Virus record (IMG/VR): IMGVR_UViG_3300010403_000015
Span: 1-41,446 of that record
Origin: a virus
Reading direction: 5' to 3' (one strand)
DNA: 41,446 nt
Shown: piece after piece, positions 37,304 to 41,446 of the stretch
Position numbering within the stretch: position 1 is the first letter of the stretch
How the letters are laid out: each line of letters starts with the position of its first letter
Position numbers and translations under genes: made by a program
Notes under the pieces: model-generated
The model's input: the letters and a program-made list of their open reading frames with translations, nothing else
Told to the model about the DNA's origin: nothing
Database searches by the model: none

Positions 37304-38059
37304 TCAGTTCAGCCCGAACACCAGGAGTTGTAGGAGCTGCATCTGATTCGCCGCGAGCGACGTGCCGCACGTCATCCCCACCGTCAGCGTATTCAGCAGC
37401 GAGAGGTCGAACGTCGCGACCGTGCCGACCGTGTTCACCGCGCCGCCGTAGAGCATCGACTCGAACGGCGACGTGAAGCCCTGCGGACTCGACCACCGCC
37501 CGAGGCCGCGCAACGTCGAGTTGTTCCCCGGCGCCCCCTCCAGCGTCATCTGGACGTCGAGTTCCGCTTCCCACAACGTATTCGTCGTGGTCGTGCCGGT
37601 CATCGCGTTCGAGATGCCGATGATCGGACCCGTCGGCGGATTCGCCGGCGTGACGACCGGGTTGAGCCGCAGCGTCAACGTCCACGTCGGCGGCGTCGAG
37701 CCGGTCCCCAGCTGGAGCCCTCGCGCGACAATGCGCAGGGTCTTGCCGCGGGCGTAGCCCGGCACGAAAAACAGGGCCGGGATGACGGGGGGCGGTCCCG
37801 TGCCCGCGACCTGATCGTTGATCTGAAACTCCGCCGTGAACGTGTTCTTCGCCGTGAACGCCAGCGGGTTCGAGTAGATCAACTCGGCGTACGTGCCGGT
37901 GACACCCGAGTGCCGGTGCTCGTAGGGGAGGTGCAGCCCGGTCATTGGGTCGCGCGTCCAGCGGTAGCGACTGGCGCGCGCCAGTTCGTAGTCGATGTCA
38001 GGATGCGTGACCGCTCGCTCGATGTCGGCCAGCGTCCGAATCGGTTGGACTTCAGTCAT
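37304..38059 (-). CDS. Beta-rich ORFan (251 aa)
   Basis: The junction with the upstream gene is TAAATG. No family recognised. Confidence 0.75.
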   Translation of the reverse strand: MTEVQPIRTLADIERAVTHPDIDYELARASRYRWTRDPMTGLHLPYEHRHSGVTGTYAELIYSNPLAFTAKNTFTAEFQINDQVAGTGPPPVIPALFFVPGYARGKTLRIVARGLQLGTGSTPPTWTLTLRLNPVVTPANPPTGPIIGISNAMTGTTTTNTLWEAELDVQMTLEGAPGNNSTLRGLGRWSSPQGFTSPFESMLYGGAVNTVGTVATFDLSLLNTLTVGMTCGTSLAANQMQLLQLLVFGLN

Positions 38060-38488
38060 TTAACTAATCCTCACAGTGGCCGTCGCCGCGGCCGCCGCCG
38101 GCAGCGTGACCAGAAAATTGCCGTTCGTGCTCGTGATGTCCGCGCCGAAGTCCAGCACCGCGACGGCCTTGTTCGATTTCGAGCTGTTGTAGATGAGCGC
38201 GCCGCGCGCCGTGATCGTCGCGCCCGTCCAGAGCGGATCCGTCGTCCAGTCCAGGATCGCCGTATCGGTGTCGAGGACCACGGTGAACCCGACCAGCGTC
38301 AGGCCGCCGGCGGCGTACGTGCCGGAGTTCCCGACTTCGTTCGTGGCGCTGTACGCCGTCGTCGACTTCGACAGCGACGCTGACGACGTGTAGAGCGCGA
38401 TCTTGTAGACGTCGGCCGCCAGATGCGTGCCGCTCCCGTCGAGGAGCTGCAGCTTGAACGAGTTGGCGGCGGCGGCAGTGATGGCCAT
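38060..38488 (-). CDS. Beta-rich ORFan (142 aa)
   Basis: ATG 38488 lies 3 nt after the portal stop. The FKLQLLDG...YKIALYTS...TAYSATNEV...AVLDFG pattern recalls uncharacterised phage structural ORFs. Confidence 0.7.
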   Translation of the reverse strand: MAITAAAANSFKLQLLDGSGTHLAADVYKIALYTSSASLSKSTTAYSATNEVGNSGTYAAGGLTLVGFTVVLDTDTAILDWTTDPLWTGATITARGALIYNSSKSNKAVAVLDFGADITSTNGNFLVTLPAAAAATATVRIS

Positions 38489-38491
38489 GTC

Positions 38492-40237
38492 CTAACGCTC
38501 CTCAATGACGGCGCCCGTGGGCTCGCCGTCTTTCTTCTGAAAGGTGATCGTTTTCTTCGTCGGCTTCGCCGGCGGCTGGTGCACGGTCACGGAGGCCGGA
38601 TGCACCTGCATGGCCCCGGCCTCGATCGTCACGCGCGCTTCGGGCTTACTGGCCAGCGCGAGCAGCGCGACGGTCGCCGGATCCGGCCGCGGCGCATCGA
38701 GCGCGAGCCCGACCAGGTAGTCCGTCGTCCACGTCTCCGCCGCCGTCAGCCCGTGCGCGAGGAGATCGTCGCGTTGGGTGTCGCAGTAGAGCTGCGCGGT
38801 GAGCGCGGCGAGCTGCAGCGTCTGCGCGACGAGGGGCTCGTGGCCGGCGTAGAACGCCGTCACGGCCGCGGCGAAGCCGGCCGCATCGGCCGCATACGTC
38901 ACCGCGGTGTGCTGGGCGGCGCGGGTTTCCTTGCGCACCAGGCGCGCCGCCGATTCCGTCACGATGGCCCGCACGCGATCGTCGTCGGCCGCCGCCTGGC
39001 CGCCGGGGTCCGCGGGCGGTGGGCGCCGTGGGGGCGGCGGCGGCGGAGGCGGCTCGGCCGGCTTGCCCGTGATGTTCTGGGCCTCGACGAGCTCGTCGGC
39101 GCGGCCGCCGCGTTTGTTCATGTCTTCGACGCCGCGCGCTTCGTCGGCCGAGATGATCGCCGCGTTCTTCAGCGCGACCAACCCCTGCACGCGCTCGAGG
39201 AATTTCGCGCGCTCGAACGCCCGGCGATTGAACTGGGCGTAGAACCGCTCGGGCTTCAGGATCAGCTGCCCGTTAATCGCGAATTCCCAGAGCGACAGCC
39301 AGCCGCCCATGTTGATCGTCAGGAACTGTTCGCCGAATTGCTCCGCGTTCCCGAAGCTCGGATCGCTGTTCTCGAGCATCATCCGCGGCAGGCCGAGCCA
39401 GCGCGCGATGTCGTCGACGTTGAACCGGCGCGACAGCAACATCTGCGCGTCCTCGGGCGTCATCGTGTCGGGGACCCACGTCGATCCCTGCTCGAGCACC
39501 TTCGGGAGATGCCACTCGCCCGGCTTGGTGACGAACGAGGCCGCCATCCGCTTGCTGGCCTCGGCGTCGAGCGTGCCGGGGTTCTGAATCGTGCCGCTGT
39601 TGAGCGTGCCCTTCCCGAACACCTGCGCCGCGTAGCCCTCGGTCGCGAGCGCGGTGCCCAGGCTCGATCGCGCGTGCTCGAGGATGCCCTTCCCGCCGGC
39701 GCCGCGCAGATAGAAGATCTCGTCCTGCGTGTGGGGCGTCGTCCGCCCGGTCCCCTCGTCGCGCACCTGGAACAGCCACCGCCCCCGCGCGCGCCCGCTC
39801 GCGATCTTGCCCGGCGTGACCAGCGTGGGCGGAATCGGCTGCAGCTGGTCGGCGAACCCGCGCGGGCCCGCGACCAGCCAGTCATAGGCCCAGCCGTGAT
39901 CGATCAGGTCGAACATGTGCGCGCGGCGCCACTGGAACGAGTCGTCCCCGCCGTTGGGCGCGTCGTGCAGGACCTCGTACAGCGGATGCTGGCGCGCGAG
40001 CTCGGCGCCGCCGTCGTGCGGCAGCCGCTCGTGGAGCTGCAGCGGCAGCATCGCGAGCACCGTCGCGAGAATGTCGCGGCCGCGGTACCACGCGCTGATC
40101 TTCAGCGCTTGCTGCGCGTCGACGTGGATGCCGGCGCCCGTCAGCGCGCCGACCGGCTGGTACCAGAAGTCCTCGGTCGGGCCCGGCGTCCCGGCGTAGA
40201 GGTCGCCGCCGGTGAAGAGACGCGCCAAGAGATCCAT
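38492..40237 (-). CDS. Portal protein, HK97 family, with a poly-Pro linker and an extra ~170-aa C-terminal region (581 aa)
   Basis: Internal ATG 40237 is in a TGATG overlap (the ORF track starts at 40312). It lies after terL. The portal-like core is followed by PAEPPPPPPPPRRPPPADPGG and then a further domain. Confidence 0.85.
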   Translation of the reverse strand: MDLLARLFTGGDLYAGTPGPTEDFWYQPVGALTGAGIHVDAQQALKISAWYRGRDILATVLAMLPLQLHERLPHDGGAELARQHPLYEVLHDAPNGGDDSFQWRRAHMFDLIDHGWAYDWLVAGPRGFADQLQPIPPTLVTPGKIASGRARGRWLFQVRDEGTGRTTPHTQDEIFYLRGAGGKGILEHARSSLGTALATEGYAAQVFGKGTLNSGTIQNPGTLDAEASKRMAASFVTKPGEWHLPKVLEQGSTWVPDTMTPEDAQMLLSRRFNVDDIARWLGLPRMMLENSDPSFGNAEQFGEQFLTINMGGWLSLWEFAINGQLILKPERFYAQFNRRAFERAKFLERVQGLVALKNAAIISADEARGVEDMNKRGGRADELVEAQNITGKPAEPPPPPPPPRRPPPADPGGQAAADDDRVRAIVTESAARLVRKETRAAQHTAVTYAADAAGFAAAVTAFYAGHEPLVAQTLQLAALTAQLYCDTQRDDLLAHGLTAAETWTTDYLVGLALDAPRPDPATVALLALASKPEARVTIEAGAMQVHPASVTVHQPPAKPTKKTITFQKKDGEPTGAVIEER

Positions 40238-40419
40238 CAGCCCTTCTTTCTCGTCGCCCGCAGGTACGGCCACACCGCCACCACCATCAACACGATCCCG
40301 AGGAGCACGCACGCCGCCGGCGCCGACCAGCGCGACACGCCGTAGGCACAGAGCGCGCAGCCGACGACGAACACGATCGCGTTCAGGTGCGCACCGATCG
40401 CCGCCGCGACCGGCGTCAC
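40237..40419 (-). CDS. Small two-helix membrane protein (60 aa) between terL and portal
   Basis: GTG 40419 directly follows the terL TAA. Hydrophobic stretches are AAAIGAHLNAIVFVVGCALCAYGV and AACVLLGIVLMVVAVWPYL, then RATRKKG. Confidence 0.5.
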   Translation of the reverse strand: MTPVAAAIGAHLNAIVFVVGCALCAYGVSRWSAPAACVLLGIVLMVVAVWPYLRATRKKG

Positions 40420-41446
40420 TTACTCACCAAGCGTGCGCACCCCGCGCGTGAGATACACCGACCGCTCGACCGCCGGCGTCTTGGTCCGTTTCGCGATCGC
40501 GTCGATGAGCGCCACGCCGCCGTCAATTCGCTTGCGCTGACTGAGCTTCACGGGGCGGATCAGGCGCCACGTGTTTTCTTCCTTGCCCATGTTGCCCACG
40601 CACCAGGCCAGACACGGATTCCCGTCGTGCGTCAGGTCGCCCCCCACGATCACCGCTTCGAGGATCTTCGACGGTTCCGAGAGGCGATAAAAGCCTTGCG
40701 GGACCGGCCACACGAACCGCTGCTCCGCGGGCACACCGTCGTCGTGGCCGAAGTGCCGCTGCAGGCGCGTCACGACGGCGGAGGCACACGCCTGATCGAT
40801 CCCGATGCCGCGGATCTGGTAGCGCTCGGCCAGCACGTCGAGGATGAACGCGACGATCGCGTCGTGGTCGATCTGGTGACCGGGGGTCGTCGTGACGAAG
40901 CCGGCCGCGGCCCAGTCCGGGTACGGGATCTTGTCTTCCTCCGCGCGGCGCTGCAGCGTCTTGGCCGGCATCCAGAAGAACGGCAGCACGTCGAACGCCC
41001 AGTCGATCGCCGGCCGGTCCTCGGCTGCGGCGAGCGATGTGTCGCCCACGTCGATCACGGCGGGCGGCCCCGCGTCGGCCGCCTCCCCGTCCACGCGTTC
41101 CAGGGCGCGCGGAAACAGGCAGACGACCGACGAGAGATCGATCTTGTCAGACAGGTCGATGCCGAGATAGCACTCCCGGCCGAGGAGCGACGCGAGGAAC
41201 GCGTCGGACGTCAGCGGCGTGGCGCACGCGGCCCACTGCTCGGTCGTGATCCACACCGTCGCCTGTTGCGTCCACTGGCAGAAGTTCAGGCGACGCACCA
41301 TGTTCCGCTCGGACGGCATGCCGATCGCGACGGCCACCTGGTCGCGCAGGTACTGCCAGGGAATCGACACGCCGAGATTGGGATTCGCTTTCAGCCAGTG
41401 CGGGCCCTCGACTTTCCAATCGTCACAGGCCGCGCAGTCGTCGGAG
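40420..41446 (-). CDS. terL: Terminase large subunit, C-terminal (nuclease) part; the frame is open to the right window edge and continues from base 1067..1
   Basis: The ORF-track entry 40420-41370 begins at an internal GTG. Upstream codons up to 41446 are open and duplicate the codons of 1-123. The stop is TAA 40420-40422. Confidence 0.9.
   Translation of the reverse strand, partial: SDDCAACDDWKVEGPHWLKANPNLGVSIPWQYLRDQVAVAIGMPSERNMVRRLNFCQWTQQATVWITTEQWAACATPLTSDAFLASLLGRECYLGIDLSDKIDLSSVVCLFPRALERVDGEAADAGPPAVIDVGDTSLAAAEDRPAIDWAFDVLPFFWMPAKTLQRRAEEDKIPYPDWAAAGFVTTTPGHQIDHDAIVAFILDVLAERYQIRGIGIDQACASAVVTRLQRHFGHDDGVPAEQRFVWPVPQGFYRLSEPSKILEAVIVGGDLTHDGNPCLAWCVGNMGKEENTWRLIRPVKLSQRKRIDGGVALIDAIAKRTKTPAVERSVYLTRGVRTLGE
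41324..41446. repeat. Terminal direct repeat, copy 2 (identical to 1-123)
   Basis: Same comparison. The repeat lies inside the terL reading frame. Confidence 0.95.

Overview
All calls were made by eye from the sequence and the ORF track; no searches were run. The window is a high-GC, circularly closed genome of a temperate HK97-like siphovirus. Bases 1-123 repeat exactly at 41324-41446, giving a unique length of 41,323 bp, and the cut falls inside the terminase large-subunit gene. There are about 80 genes, roughly 90% on the minus strand, packed with ATGA/GTGA/TGATG start-stop overlaps. Minus-strand late genes in order: HNH, a non-coding cos-like gap, terS, terL (wraps the window ends), a small membrane ORF, portal, a 5-gene insert, S49 prohead protease, a small RHH ORF, HK97-fold major capsid, 4 ORFans, gp6-like connector, a small membrane ORF, head-tail adaptor, a DUF3168-like protein, a tail-anchored coiled-coil ORF and a Zn-ribbon ORF. 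These are followed by the tail tube and a short paralog, a chaperone with a -1 frameshift (G/GT), a displaced HK97-gp10-like gene, the tape measure and a 1030-aa repeat-rich tail tip protein. The operon ends with a fibre-like protein, lysis genes (low-GC putative glycosidase, holin-like, GH108 endolysin) and a beta-propeller-like gene. Plus-strand islands: a CI-like HTH, a secreted protein, a tyrosine integrase and attP (the 3' part of a tRNA-Glu(UUC) flanked by GGTGGACT repeats). There is also a nearly leaderless 2-gene cassette and a gene encoding only the NrdR zinc ribbon. A leftward early operon starts at a near-consensus promoter (TTGACA-17-TATATT). It carries Cro-like and Xis-like HTH genes, many small ORFans, and a lambda-O-like initiator with four 24-bp iterons inside its own coding sequence. 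I saw no polymerase, helicase, primase, CRISPR array, rRNA or complete tRNA. Best leads: (1) the 5-gene cassette between portal and protease, including a 349-aa protein built of 22-aa Ala/Gly/Val repeats. (2) An (AACG)7 tract that could toggle two regulator genes between separate and fused states. (3) One ~65-aa module inserted into connector, adaptor and tail tube. (4) 37-bp start-associated junction repeats. (5) An orphan DUF1778-like RHH between protease and capsid. (6) The ATP-cone-less NrdR-like gene.
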